Assembly: GCA_030390025.1 (NCBI GenBank)
Contig: CM059433.1
Span: 15,006,001-15,070,000 of the forward strand
Direction: 5' to 3'
DNA: 64,000 nt
DNA from: Squalus acanthias
Lineage: Eukaryota
Position 1 is the stretch's first letter, and each line of letters starts with the position of its first letter. Of this stretch, positions 24,278-36,139 are shown piece after piece. The notes under the pieces were generated by a model. That model searched no databases. It was not told the DNA's origin and saw only the letters and a program-made list of their open reading frames with translations. The position numbers and the translations under genes are program-made.

Positions 24278-24905
24278 GGATCTTGGGCTTCATAAATAGA
24301 GGTATTGAGTACAAAAGTAGAGAAGTTATGCTGAACCTTTATAAAGCGCTGGTTAGGCCACAACTGGAGTATTGCGTCCAGTTCTGGTCACCACACTTTA
24401 GGATGGATGTGAAGGCACTTGAGAGGGTGCAGAGGAGATTTACCAGAATGGTTCCGGGATGGGGAATCTTAGCTACAAGGACAGGTTGGAGAAGCTGAAT
24501 TGGTTTTCATTAGAGCAAAGGAGGTTGAGGGGTGATTTGATAGAGGTGTACAAGGTTATGACGGGTTTGGATAGGCTAGACGGGGAAAGGCTGTTCCCAC
24601 TAGTTGATGGTACAAGGACGAGGGGACACAGATTTAAGGTTTTGGGCAAGAGATACAGGGGGGAATGTGAGGAAAAGCTTTTTTACGCAGCGAGTGGTGA
24701 GGACCTGGAACTCGCTGCCGACGGAAGTGGTGGAAGCGGAGACACTCAATGTTTTCAAGCGGAGACGGGATAGGCACTTGAGGGAAATAAACTTGCAGGG
24801 CTACGGGGATAGAGCGGGGGAATGGGACTGACTGGATTGCTCTGCAGAGAGCCATCATGGACTCGATGGGCCGAATGGCCTCCTTCTGTGCAGTTATGAC
24901 TCTAT
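24278..24905 (+). mobile_element. CR1 LINE 3' fragment; its tail is interrupted by H4 and resumes at 29054
   Basis: LYKALVRPQLEYCVQFWSP, RRLRGDLIEVYK, FFTQRVVRTWNSLP; (ATGACTCT)n tail. Confidence 0.9.
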
Positions 24906-25262
24906 GGGGTAGAAATTAGGTCGCGCCCCATTTGGGGCGCAAATATCGTCCAGACACAAATATTAGCGCCTGGCGCTAATTATCGGCACTGACAGGAAAC
25001 TTCACTTTTACCGCCCCGGGAGGTGAGTGGAGCGCTAAAGTAGGCGCTGCACACCTCTCTTAAGGCGCAAAGGCCAAGGAGTGAGGCGCTAACTCAGCGC
25101 ACGAGCGCAGCGCAGCTGCTGCCAGTTAGCGAGGGAACACAGACACACTGGCGCCGGACACTTCTTAAAGAGGGGGGGGCCACTTGCTCCCCAGCCACAC
25201 CCTGCTCATTGCAGCCTTGAATCTCAGCCTGGAGAGACCTGTAATCCATTTTGCTGCCAAGC

Positions 25263-27086
25263 ATGGAGAGGGTGAGAGAACGCGCTCATCGCTTCACCGA
25301 GCGGGCCTTGGATGCTCTGGTTGACGCAGTGGAGCGCAGACGATGCATGCTGTTCCCGGAGAGTGGCAGGAGGCCTTTGCCACGCGAGTTCAGAAGAGTG
25401 TGGAGGGAGGTGGCTCAGAGCGTCTCCTCCAGGAGCATGGTGCCCAGGACCCATGTTCAATGCCGCAAAAAGTTCAACGACCTCACTCGGGTCGTCAGGG
25501 TGAGTGGCTTTTTCTCAATACCTCTCCATCCCTCCATCTCAACCTCACTCTATGGCCAGAGGGTCTTAAAACCCCAATGCACAACACTCATCCAACACCT
25601 ATGGCCCTTTCATCAAACACACACACACATTCTACACTTTGCATACAGTAAGGGCTATTCACCTATGGGAGGCACATCAGGCAAGACCATGGCTGTATAT
25701 TGTAAGGGCTATTCACCTATGGGAGGCACATCAGGCAAGACCATGGCTGTATATTTACTCAGATGCTGTCCTTTTTCTTGCAGGCTAAGCTGGCTCATAA
25801 TCGGAGACAGCAGCAACGGACGGGTGGAGGGTGGCTTCAGCTGCAACCCCTCAGCGATCTGGAGGAGCGCGTCCACAGGATTGTGGCAAGCCGGGTGATC
25901 GGTCCCGTCGCCACTGGAGACGCCGACCCCGTTGTGGACAGCAATGGTAAGGTCATCACCTTTTTGTCCTCTGTCCTTCCACTTGTCCCTCACAATACCA
26001 GCCTTTGACACTTTCAAGCCAACTTGCTAACTCGCTGCACTTATTCCTCCCTTATTGCCACCCTGTCCTCACGCTAAAGCCACTCTTGTACCTCCCTGCT
26101 TTCAGATGGTGATTCACCAGCTGAGGAGACGGGCCCTGAAGCTGCCACTGGGAGTGATGCTGCAGCTGAGGAGGAAGAGGAAGCCGGAGCATCAGTGCCA
26201 CCCTCTCCCGAGGAAGCCCATGCCCACACTGGGAACACGCCTTCCCCGGAGGGGAGCAGGGGGGAAGGGGCTGATGATGGTGAAGCTCCAGGACCCAGCG
26301 GGCTGCAGCAACGCCATGGGGGGGGGTAGGGAAGAACGGGGGCCTTCTCCCCAGAGGGAGAGTATGCCAGACACTCCTACTGCAATGGACGCAGAGGAGG
26401 AGCGGCTGATTGCAGAAATGAACAGCCAGGCGGTGGGCATGCACACTGAGCTCATGGGTGCAGTGGGAAGGGTGCCCGATTGCATTGAGTCACTGGCAAG
26501 GAGTGTGGAGCACTTCGCTGTAGCACAGGCGGATGCCACACTAACGCATAGTGCTGCAATTCAGTCACTGGCTGCCGTGATCCCATCTCTGACTGCTCTC
26601 ATACAGACTCAGATGGAGGCCACGCGAGCACAGACTGCTGCCAACCTCGATGGTTCGTGCACATGTCCCCGGGGCTGTCACCGCGCCGCAGCAGGCCAGC
26701 AATCTGTTCTCCGGCAAATTGCTCCGGATGCTGAAGTGCTGCCCCGTGGGAGTGCCAGTGTGTCGGGCGAGCAGGGAGTTGCTGGCCTCTCTCACGATGA
26801 CAGCATTCCTGCTGCCAACACTGTCACTTCTCCACTGCACTTGCCACCGCCTGTAGGACAGACTGCTGCCGCCCATGCAGAGTTGGTGCAGTCTGCAGCC
26901 GGGCCCTCCAGGCCCAGAAGTGGTCGAGGCCGTCCTTCAGGGGCATCTGCAGTGTCAGGGTCTGACGAGCAGCAGCCTTCCACCAGCCTTGCTGCAGCCA
27001 CTGAGGTCCCATTACGGAGGAGCAGTAGGGTTAGAAGGGGGGAAGTGCGCAAGGGAAGGAGATCACCCTCGAAGGGCAAAAAGTAG
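25263..27086 (+). CDS. Harbinger Myb/SANT-like DNA-binding protein; exons 25263-25499, 25784-25946, 26106-27086; apparent frameshift in the G9 run at 26318-26326
   Basis: RFTERALDALVDAV..W.EVA..V....RT..QCRKKFNDL trihelix motif; GT-AG introns with matching phases 0 and 1; exon 3 reaches TAG at 26327 unless one G is removed. Confidence 0.85.
25648..25755 (+). repeat. Perfect 54-bp tandem duplication in Myb intron 1
   Basis: gtaagggctattcacctatgggaggcacatcaggcaagaccatggctgtatatt occurs twice. Confidence 0.95.
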
Positions 27087-27380
27087 GAGGTGTGCCAAAA
27101 TGCTGGTCATTTTTTTATTAAAGGCCGAGGTTCATGGTCCAACTTTTGTTTAGTGTTTTGGACATTATCTCCAGGTTGTGAGAACCAGTTATGTTATTGA
27201 CTGTTTTTTTGTGTTTATTTCTATGAGTTTGTCATGAGGAATTGACACACACAGAGTTTGTAAAATAAATAAGTTTCTGTATTCAAAATATACATGGCTG
27301 GTGGTTGGAATTGTTGGTGCCTTGGCCGGCTTAGGGGTTGCGTGTTGGGTTGATTAGTGTTTGTAGCAATGGCAGGGGCC

Positions 27381-28541
27381 CTAGAAGCGGCTTGCTATTA
27401 GTCTTTGACGGACGGCCCTTGCAGTTTGACCATTGTGGGCCGCCCTCCTGCCTTGGTGCTGCTGATGATCATCGTCCTCGTCCTGTTCCTCCTCTTCCTC
27501 CTCCTTCTCTGGTGGTGCTACAAGGCCTGGTGGCATTGGCTTGGTCCTGAGGATTGCCATGTTGTGCAACATGCAGCACACGACTACGAAGTTCGAAACT
27601 TGCTCAGGCGAGTACTGCAGGGCTCCTCCGGAATGGTCCAGACAGCGGAACCGTTGTTTCAGCACGCCGATTGTGCGCTCAATAATGTTCCTGGTTGCTT
27701 GATGGCTTTCATTGTACCGCAGCTCAGCAGGGGTGTTTGGCGTACGGAGCGGTGTCATCAGCCAGGTGCTCAATGCGTACCCCTTGTCCCCCAGAAGCCA
27801 ACCAACTGGCTGATGCGGTGCCTCGAAAACTTCTGCCACAGTAGTCTGGCGCAGGATGAAAGCATCGTGGCAGCTGCCCGGATAGTGGGCATTGACAGCG
27901 AGTATCACCTGTCTGTGGTCACACACCAACTGCACATTCAAGGAATGGAACCCCTTTCTGTTCCTGAATTCCTCTGCATTCTCTCGCGGAGCACGCAAAG
28001 CCACATGCGTGCAGTCAATGGCGCCCTGCACCATGGGGAAGCCCGCTACCCTCGCAAAGCCCAGAGCACGGTCACGCTGCTTGTCTGGGGTCATAGGGAA
28101 AGAGATGAAGTCTCGTCTCCTTCTGAAGAGGGCATTGGTGACCTGCCGGATGCAGCGATGCACCGCAAACTGGGAGATATTGGCGAGGTCCCCAACAGCA
28201 GCTTGGAATGAGCCAGTGGCGTAGAAGTTCAAAGCCACTGTGACCTTCACTGCCACCGACAGAGACGTCCTGGACCTCAGCTGAGGCTGCAGATCTGGCT
28301 GCAGCAGGTGGCAGAGCTCAGTGACCACCTCCTTGCTGAATCGCAGCCTTCGCAAACACAGCTCCTCGGACATATGGATGTAGGAGAGCTGTTCACGATA
28401 TACCCTGGGAGGGTAAGCTCTCCTGTACATGCGCCTGATGGCCCTCCTCCGTCTTGCCATCATTGCCACTCTCTGTCTGCGTCTCAGTATCCTCCGATTC
28501 AGCTGGAGCAGGACGACGCCCCCAATCATTGCAGCCCCCAT
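27381..28541 (-). CDS. Intact Harbinger DDE transposase, 386 aa (HARBI1-like family)
   Basis: Uninterrupted ATG-to-stop ORF with GAIDCTH, NRKGFHSLNVQ, PGSCHD, LLGDKGY, RNIIERTIGVLK and CCMLHN; the D, D and E residues are all present. Confidence 0.95.
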   Translation of the reverse strand: MGAAMIGGVVLLQLNRRILRRRQRVAMMARRRRAIRRMYRRAYPPRVYREQLSYIHMSEELCLRRLRFSKEVVTELCHLLQPDLQPQLRSRTSLSVAVKVTVALNFYATGSFQAAVGDLANISQFAVHRCIRQVTNALFRRRRDFISFPMTPDKQRDRALGFARVAGFPMVQGAIDCTHVALRAPRENAEEFRNRKGFHSLNVQLVCDHRQVILAVNAHYPGSCHDAFILRQTTVAEVFEAPHQPVGWLLGDKGYALSTWLMTPLRTPNTPAELRYNESHQATRNIIERTIGVLKQRFRCLDHSGGALQYSPEQVSNFVVVCCMLHNMAILRTKPMPPGLVAPPEKEEEEEEQDEDDDHQQHQGRRAAHNGQTARAVRQRLIASRF

Positions 28542-28734
28542 ATTCTCTTTGCCAGAAAAGTAATGAGGTACAGCAACTAAAGTAGCAACAAAGTTAGGAT
28601 GAACTAGGCAAAACTACCTCACAAAGCGTTGAGTCAATGTAGAAGTCTCTCTCTCTCTCTCTCCGAATCTCTCTCTCTCTCTCAGAATGAGTGGTGCATA
28701 AATGTCGACCACAGAAAAAGACAGGAAGAGGCCC

Positions 28735-28881
28735 CCTTTAAATAGCGCCCCCCCCAGCCCCACACCGATTGATAACGTTCCAGTCTTCCGGTCGTTGGAA
28801 GCGCCAGGCGGTAAGGCAGGGGGCGCCACTCAATTTCCGCTCCGGGGCGCCCCAAGGGCGTTGCACCATGGAATGACGTCA
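28735..28881 (-). promoter_or_regulatory. Putative transposase promoter: CRE at 28874-28881 and TATA-like TATTTAAAG at about 28736-28744
   Basis: Upstream of the transposase ATG; the same CRE plus TATA arrangement occurs at 15297/15160, 32410/32536 and 40451/40588. Confidence 0.55.
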
Positions 28882-29065
28882 CAATCTGCGCGCGCAGGTG
28901 GTCGCAGCGGTAAGTTTTAGCGCCGCCGCACAATCTCAAGTTAAGTTCTCGAGCGGCGCAAACAGCGCTGCGCCCGGGCATTAGCGGCTTAACGCCCCAT
29001 TAGCGCCCTCTTAAGGCGCTAACGGGAGGCGCAACCAAGTGAATTTTTACCCCTATGACTCTACG

Positions 29066-29352
29066 CGCTGTCAACGGTTGCACGCACGGGCGTGCTTTGG
29101 AGAGGGCGGCAAGAGGAGCGGCGACGTCCAAAATCGCTAAGCGTGCGTCAATTCGGCATAACACGCTGACTGACGTCATGCTCCTGGTAATTAAAATACT
29201 CGCGGTGAGCGCAGGCAACGGCAGCGCTGCCGACCTGCCCAATATGGCGGCCATTGCGTTCTGCACCGGAAGTGGGTGGAAGCGAGCTGGCCGCTATTTT
29301 TTCTTCAAAAGTAGCCTTAACATCCAGCGCTAAAGGTTCGAAATTCTAGGCC
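29066..29352. mobile_element. Harbinger terminal fragment ending gaaattctaggcc
   Basis: TIR-like end and CRE at 29171; similar to 52320-52595. Confidence 0.65.
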
Positions 29353-29649
29353 TCTCTCTTGGGGAAGAATTCACACCTTGAGCAGCAGTTCCATTCTCCT
29401 CAAACATTTCATTTGCAGAAATGGGCTGCAAAAAAGAGTTTAAAATTAACCTATAGACTACTGGAATGTTCAAGGTAATTCCTGGTCAGACTGAATCAAT
29501 TCAGCACGCATACATTTATTGATGCAGATGCAAATACGAAGATTATCACAACAAAAGCTACTCAAAATGCCCTGAATAGCTGTGTTACTACAACATTGAA
29601 CCTGAAAGTACAAAGAATAACCTTTCATTCAACTTCTTTCTCATGCTTG

Positions 29650-30670
29650 GTTTTGAAAGCTTTGATTGGTTCATTGATGAGGTAATAGAGAGTGTTGATG
29701 AGGCTAGTGCAGTTGATGTTATGTATATGGACTTTGAAAAGGCGTTTGACAAAGTACCGCATAATTGTCTTGTAAGAAAAATTAAAGCCCCTGGGATTAA
29801 AGGGACAGTGGCTGCATGGATACAAATTGGGTAAGGGACAGTGTCAGTTGTGGCTCAGTTGGTAGCACACTCGCCTCTGAGTCAGAAGGTTGTGGGTTCA
29901 AGTCCTCACTGACACTCCAGTACAGTGCTGAGGGAGTGCTGTACTGTCAGAGGTGCCGTCTTTCAGATGAGATGTTAAACTGAGGCCCCGTCTGCTCTCT
30001 CAGGTGGACGTAAAAGATCCCATGGCACTATTTCGAAAAAGAGCAGGGGAGTTATCCCTGGTGTCCTGGCCAATATTTATCCTTCAACCAACATAACAAA
30101 AACAGATTATCTGGTCATTATCACGTTGCTGTTTGTGGGAGCTTGCTGTGCGCAAATTGGCTGCCGTGTTTCCCACATTACAACAGTGACTACACTTCAA
30201 ATAGTACTTGATTGGCTGTAAAGTGCTTTGAGACGTCCAGTGGTCGTGAAAGGTGCTATACAAATGCAAGTCTTTCTTCTTTCAGAAAGCAGAGAGTAGT
30301 GGTGAAAAGCTGGTTTCTGATTGGAGAGAATTATACAGTGATGTTCCCCAGGGGTCGGTATTAGGACTACTGCACTTTTTGATATATATTAATGACCTGG
30401 ACTTGGATATACAGGGCATAATTTCAAAGTTTGCAGATGACACAAAACTCGGAAATATAGTCAACAATGAGGAGGGTAGTAACAGACTTCAGGAGGACAT
30501 AGACAGACTGCTGAAATGGGCAGAGATGTGGCAGATGAAATTTAACGCAGAGAAGTGTGAACTCATACATTTTGGCAGGAAGAATGAGGAGAGGCAAAAT
30601 AAATCAAATGGTAAAGGCGTGACAGACCGAATGGCCTCCTGCTGTGCTCTATCATTCTATGATTCTATAA
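29650..30670 (+). mobile_element. CR1 RT fragment interrupted by a SINE
   Basis: YMDFEKAFDKVPH, VPQGSVLG, ISKFADDTKL. Confidence 0.88.
29842..30283 (+). mobile_element. tRNA-headed DeuSINE-type SINE, nearly full length
   Basis: A box TGGCTCAGTTGG at 29851, B box GGTTCAAGTCC at 29895, Deu-like core, CTTT tail. Confidence 0.85.
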
Positions 30671-30713
30671 ATTATACTTTTCACATGTAATAAAATCTAT
30701 TTTCGTACACAAT

Positions 30714-31432
30714 GGGCCTGAATTTCTGGTCGGAGGCTTCTCGCGGGCGGATGCCTCCGACCGGCAGAAAATCTACAAACTTACCTTCTGCCTCGGGCTC
30801 CAGGGAGACTCATGCTCCTGGGCCTCTATGTGTAGACATGCGTAGAGGCCCACGGACCCCAGGGACGCACGCTGTTCGCAAGCGCCCCTGGGGTCACATG
30901 GGCTGGCCCAACCAATGAAAGAGGGATCCCCATTCATTCTTATCGGGATTCTGTATGTAAGGAAACCCCATAAGTAAGAATGGGAATACCCCAAAAAATA
31001 CACGTACACTTCAAATAAAAAATTTTTGAATCACATATTTAAAAACAATTAAATATTTAAAACAAAAATGTAATTTTTTGAAAAATAAATGTACATGTTT
31101 TAAAGGGGCTAAAAATAAACTTATCTTATGTCACAGGTTTTTAAATGTATAAATGATTGAAAAACATTTATTTTTCTGTTTTTTAAAACTCTTACGCTGA
31201 TAAAAGCAGGCCTTACGCCAGGCATAAGAATTTCACAGGCATTCACTGGGCAGGAGTTGGGCTAATAGCCCAACTCTTCACCAGAGGATGCCCTTTTCCC
31301 AGGGATGCGAATCATTTCACAAGTTCTGGGTTTTAGCGCATACGCAGCGCATGCCTAAACTGGGAACTTGCGAGGCCTTTACGGGCATGTGTGCACCTCG
31401 TACGCACCCATAGGGGTCGCATAATACGGCCC
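30714..31432 (-). mobile_element. Diverged relative of family M non-autonomous element
   Basis: gggcctgaattt start; same order of GC-rich arm, hairpin, AT-rich core and gcgcat motifs as 46877-47641. Confidence 0.7.
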
Positions 31433-31736
31433 CTTATTTATTTTGAAAGTTAACTTTTAAACAGTTCTTTTTCCCAGCTCTCATCATCCAAAATTGACAG
31501 AACCACACAACATCAATCCAGCTTAGAACAAAATAGAAAGGGCCACCAACAAAGAAACATGCTCAGTAACAGCTGAGAAAACAAAAACACACAAGGGCTA
31601 GAAAACTCATAGCGAATTAAAAGCTTAACATCAAAATCAACTGTACACAAGAAAGCTAGAATTCTTTACCATACTAACCCTCCGATAGCAGCTCACTGCA
31701 AGATTATCATGGATTGGTTGGTTTCTAGAATTCTTT

Positions 31737-33256
31737 GTCATCAGTATCTTATAATAATCATCAGTAATGTATTTATAATTGTGTGTAAGAATTAAATCTA
31801 AAAGTCTGTAATCATTAATTGTATGAAATGATAACCTGAATTATATAGGACATGTCACCCGTTTGCTTATAATGAAAAGTCTGGGAGTAAGCTGTAACCA
31901 GACAGCTTGGCGTGAGAAAGAAGATTGTCATGGTTGAATAGAGTCAGCTAGCCTGGGTAGCAAGATCGGGGGGAGCTGCCACTGTGTTGGAATGTTATGA
32001 TATCTGTGGTGAATTAAAAACCTAGGCCTCTGACAATGAACAGCAAGGATACTATGGAGACATATTGCTTATGTATTGTCATAACCACCCCAGATATGAG
32101 TCTTGATGGTCAAAAACAGATGATGTAAGAGTGTCATAAGACTAGAACCTGCGTAAGCCAAGGTACTGCGGACCTGGCATCTTTATGATTGGATTTTGGG
32201 TTTTGGGTGTAGGCCAGTGATTGGTTCAGGAGGACTCCATGGGGGAAAAATTGGGTTGGTTTGCACCTGTCATTCGCACCCCCGAGGGTGCGAACGAGCA
32301 GCGCAAATCCCCTAGCGGGGGCGGCGCCGCTAACATCTCCCGCGAAATTCAGCGGAAGGATAGCAGCAGCAGTAGCTAGTAGCTCCCCGCTCCACTGCGC
32401 CGCCGGCGATGACGTCATCACCATGCGCAACACCCCGTTCGTGCCCCGGCCGCAAACATCCCTTGCGCCCCCTGACCTATTGGCGGACGATATGTTCGAC
32501 AGGATCAGGGGGCGTTTTTGCAGCGGCGGCGGCGCTACTTAAAGGGCAGGTGTCGGGCGGCCATTTTTATTTTGGCCGACTGCCAGCACCTGCCCCCTTC
32601 CCCTATTTTATGCGGAGTGCCGGCCGCGATCACTCAGCCCGGCTCTCCTCTTGAGTGCCGGCCTGTTTTCCCGGCACCCCGCTCCCCGGTGGTCCAGCAG
32701 GGCCCCTGGTGCGTGCAGCGCTAGGCCCCTCCCCTTTAATCAGGGGAGGGAGGCCTGCAATGATGCGGCGCTACGTGCCGCCGCGCGTGCTGCTGTTGCA
32801 CGTAGCACCGTCAAATTCAGTAGTAGCGCCCCCAAGCAGGAGGTGGAGCGCATTCCAGTAGCGCCCCCACCTCCTGCTTGGTGCTGTACTACTGAATTTA
32901 CGATGGAGGGGCGCAAACTTTATCGGGGCGCCACCCAATTTTCCCCCCCATAGATTTTGAATTAGAATAAGGGTTTAAGAAGGGGTTCGTAACAGCCACA
33001 AAGTGTAGAAGATTTCAGCATGAATCAAGGAGACACCCGGGAGACGAGGAGAGATGAGAGACAAGAGACACAGGGTGTAATTTACTCACAGTTGCGGCTT
33101 CTACCCAGAGTATAACAGGGTAATATAATATAATACTGCTCGGATACTGTAATGTATTAAGTCTTGCTTGTGCTGAATAAAGCTAAATCACTGTCCTCAA
33201 TATGGGTCAACCTTGAATCATTTGGAACCAGGGTCTCTCTGGGGTCTTATATCACA
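31737..33256 (+). mobile_element. Probable solo LTR (left boundary uncertain), interrupted by a MITE
   Basis: TG...CA, CCAAT boxes near 32190-32225, AATAAA at 33176; no clear TSD. Confidence 0.4.
32241..32948. mobile_element. Non-autonomous Harbinger derivative, CAT TSD
   Basis: gggggaaaaattgggt...acccaattttcccccc flanked by CAT/CAT; TAGCGCC repeats. Confidence 0.88.
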
Positions 33257-34780
33257 GATTGGCTTGGAGTACCTCAGACATGTGGCTTGAGCAGTTGTAG
33301 CTCATTAACTCAGAAACTGATCATTGACTGATCAATTGACTTAATTAATAAAAATTCTGAATCATAAATTGCAGTGTGACACTGAGGGGCACAGGTCAGA
33401 AAGATCCCAAATACAATCTCTGGGGCTGGGCTGTGCAGATGATCTCAGCATGGGGTAGTTTTGGGAGCATCATGTCCCTGGGCTACATTAGGGGACACAT
33501 TGGCTTGGATTCCTGCTTTTGATTATCATCTCGTGAAGCTTACTGAAAAAGTATATGTATATTGATGGTGGGTGAGGACAGATTTTGGCTTGGCTGTAAT
33601 GTTTGCCACGGATGAGTAGCTGGCCAGCACTCATTAGGCTTGTTTATTAAGAGTCGGCACTTGGTGAGGTGCCACAGGGCTGTCAGCGCGGGGGGAAATG
33701 TAATTCTGCATGATTGCCAACATTCAGCTAAGGAGAGGAAAAAATTGGAAGCAAAGAAAAAATACCCTATGCGAATATGGGGAGAATTTTTACAATGTAG
33801 TGCTCCCGCACAGAGTGTCAAGTAACAGACGTGTATACGGGAAAATTCAGGGCTGGATATTAGCCCAATTTGTATGTCAAAACCATATCCATCTGCTAGT
33901 TTTATATTTACCTTGTAATTCAAGCTGCTTAGAGGTCGTAAGTTATTGACAGAATGTTGCATAGAATTTACAGCACAGAAATAGACCAGTCGGCCCAACT
34001 GGTCTATGCTGGTGTTTATGCGCCACACGAGCCTCCTCTCACCCTTCTTCATCTAACCCCTTCTGCCTATTCTACTGTTCTTTTCTCCCTCATCTACCTG
34101 TCTAGCTTCCCCTTAAAGGCATCTTTGCTATTTGGTTCAGCTACTCCATGTGGCAGCGAGTTCCACATTCTAATCACTCTCTGGGTAAAGACATTTCTCC
34201 TGTATTCTTTACGGTCCCTAGTTTTGGAAGCCCCACAAGTGGAAACATTGGGGGTTAAATCGGGCCGTGTAAGTGCCCGTTTGTTAGGCACCACACCACG
34301 CCAACTAAGACTTTAAAATGGGCTCCGAGATACGTGCGCGCGCTGCCGATGGAAAGTGCGCAGGATGCCATCTTGGTAAAGGGGCTAGCGTGCGCATCTA
34401 ACGACCTACAGCAGCATGCTGAGCAGGAAGATCATGATGTGAACCAGTGTGCAACACTGGTTTGACACCACCACTGCCCTTTCGAAACTCCGCACTCCAG
34501 CCTACGCCCTGCCTTAAAATCGCACAGCTGAACACGGCATTAAACTGCACGAAGGACCACCCCCCTCCCCCCACCAGCGCTACTTAAAGGGATCATGAAC
34601 TACTTACAGGTTAGTTGCTGGATTATTTCTTCTGCCTGCTGGTGCAATTGTACGCGTTAGTGGAGCTTTCCTATACTTGGCTAAAGTTTAAGTAAGTACT
34701 TTACAGGGAGTGGACTGGCTGGTGCTGAAGTACCTTTTGTGACATTTAAAATATTGTGCTGGAAAAAGTTGCTTCCAGAC

Positions 34781-35923
34781 ATGGGTGGCTTGGATGCCTT
34801 CCTCTTGGAATTGTGCATGACTGGGAGAATGAAGAGAGACCACGCAGAACAGGACAAGCTGCTAGAAGAGGGAGGAGGAGGAGGGGGAAAAGGGTTCTCG
34901 GCAGGAGGCCATATCTGCCGAGAGTCTTTAGGGAGAAATTCTCTTACCTCAACTTCAGTGACGACCAATGCATGAGACGTCTTTGTTTCACAAAAGAGGT
35001 CGTGACTGAAATCTGCCAACTGCTGAAGCCACAACTGCAACCTCAAAGCAGGGCAAGGATCGCATTGCCTGTGGCTGTCAAGGTGACCGTGGCTCTTAAT
35101 TTTTTGCTTCTGGCTCCTTTCAGGCTGCTGTTGGAGACATAAGCAACATCTTGCAGTTTGCATAAGGGAGCTCACTGAGGCTCTCTATACAATGAGAAAC
35201 ATGTACATCTCATTACCTCTTGCCAGAGAGAAGCAGGCAGACTGAGCACAAGGTTTTGCTCGGATTGCAGGCATCCCCTTGGTGCAGGCTGACATTGACT
35301 GCACGCACATTGCTTTGCATACTCCTCATCTGAATTCGGCCATATTCATCAACAGAAAGGGATTCCACTCCCTCAATGTGCAGCTGGTGTGCGACCACAG
35401 GGAGTGCATCATGCAGGTGAATGCCCGTTATCCTGGCAGCAATCACGATTCTTTCAGTCTGTGGCAGTCCTCTGTTCCACCAGCACGGCAAGTCAAAGTC
35501 TGGCTACTGGGCGACAACGATTATCCCTTCTTGACATGGCACGTGACTGCAGTCAGGAACCCACACACACCTGTACAGCAGGCCTACAGTGAGAGCCATG
35601 CTGCCACAAGGAACATTATAGAGCACACCATCTGCATCCTCAAGCAATGCTTCCACTGCCTGGACTGCTCTGGAGGAGCCCTGCAGTACTCAGCTGAGCG
35701 GGTATCGAGATTTGTGGTAATATGCTGCATGCTGCACAACCTGGCCATTATGAGGGAACAGCCCTTGCCACCACCTATCCGGCAAGAAGCTGAGAAGCAG
35801 AAGCATGAGGAGGAGTAGGAAGTGCAAAAGGACATGGAGGAAGAGGAAGGGAGGCTACAACATAGACAGGCCCTTCCTGCCAGGGCGCTACATGATCGGA
35901 TTATTCATGAGCGATACCAGTAA
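34781..35923 (+). pseudogene. Harbinger transposase with frameshifts and stops
   Basis: RPYLPRVFRE, RRLCFTKEVVTEIC, DIDCTH, NRKGFHSLNVQ, LLGDNDY, RNIIEHTICILK. Confidence 0.9.
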
Positions 35924-36139
35924 CCTAAACTACCTCCCCATTCAGTCCCACGCTTCTTACCTTTCTTCTATCACTGATCATCACGTCATTCTCTTTCTGA
36001 CCACACATATTGGTTCCTCCCTCAGTTCACCGCAGTAATAAAAAACACCACCAAATGCAAATTCAAAGCCAAATTTATCAATTCATTCATTAAATAATGC
36101 ATACAAAATGAAACGAATCACCTTTGAACGTTCCCTCTG

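Larger units (their letters stand above)
24906..29053. mobile_element. Full-length PIF/Harbinger transposon (H4), 4148 bp, TAT TSD
   Basis: TIRs GGGGTAGAAATT / AATTTTTACCCC, TAT on both sides, convergent Myb-like and transposase genes. Confidence 0.95.

Noticed and set aside
27405..28211. 268-aa plus-strand ORF (and similar ORFs at 5400-6093 and 14373-14615)
   Set aside because: Antisense shadows of GC-rich transposase coding sequence with no independent motif.
27381..28541. Domesticated host gene HARBI1
   Set aside because: It lies between TIRs with a TSD, beside a Myb partner, with many degenerate paralogues nearby; it is a transposon gene.
29842..29910. tRNA gene
   Set aside because: A and B boxes are present, but the sequence runs into a SINE body and tail, so it is a tRNA-derived SINE head.
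33375..33535. Additional ancient SINE
   Set aside because: Faint resemblance only; too degenerate to assign boundaries or family by eye.
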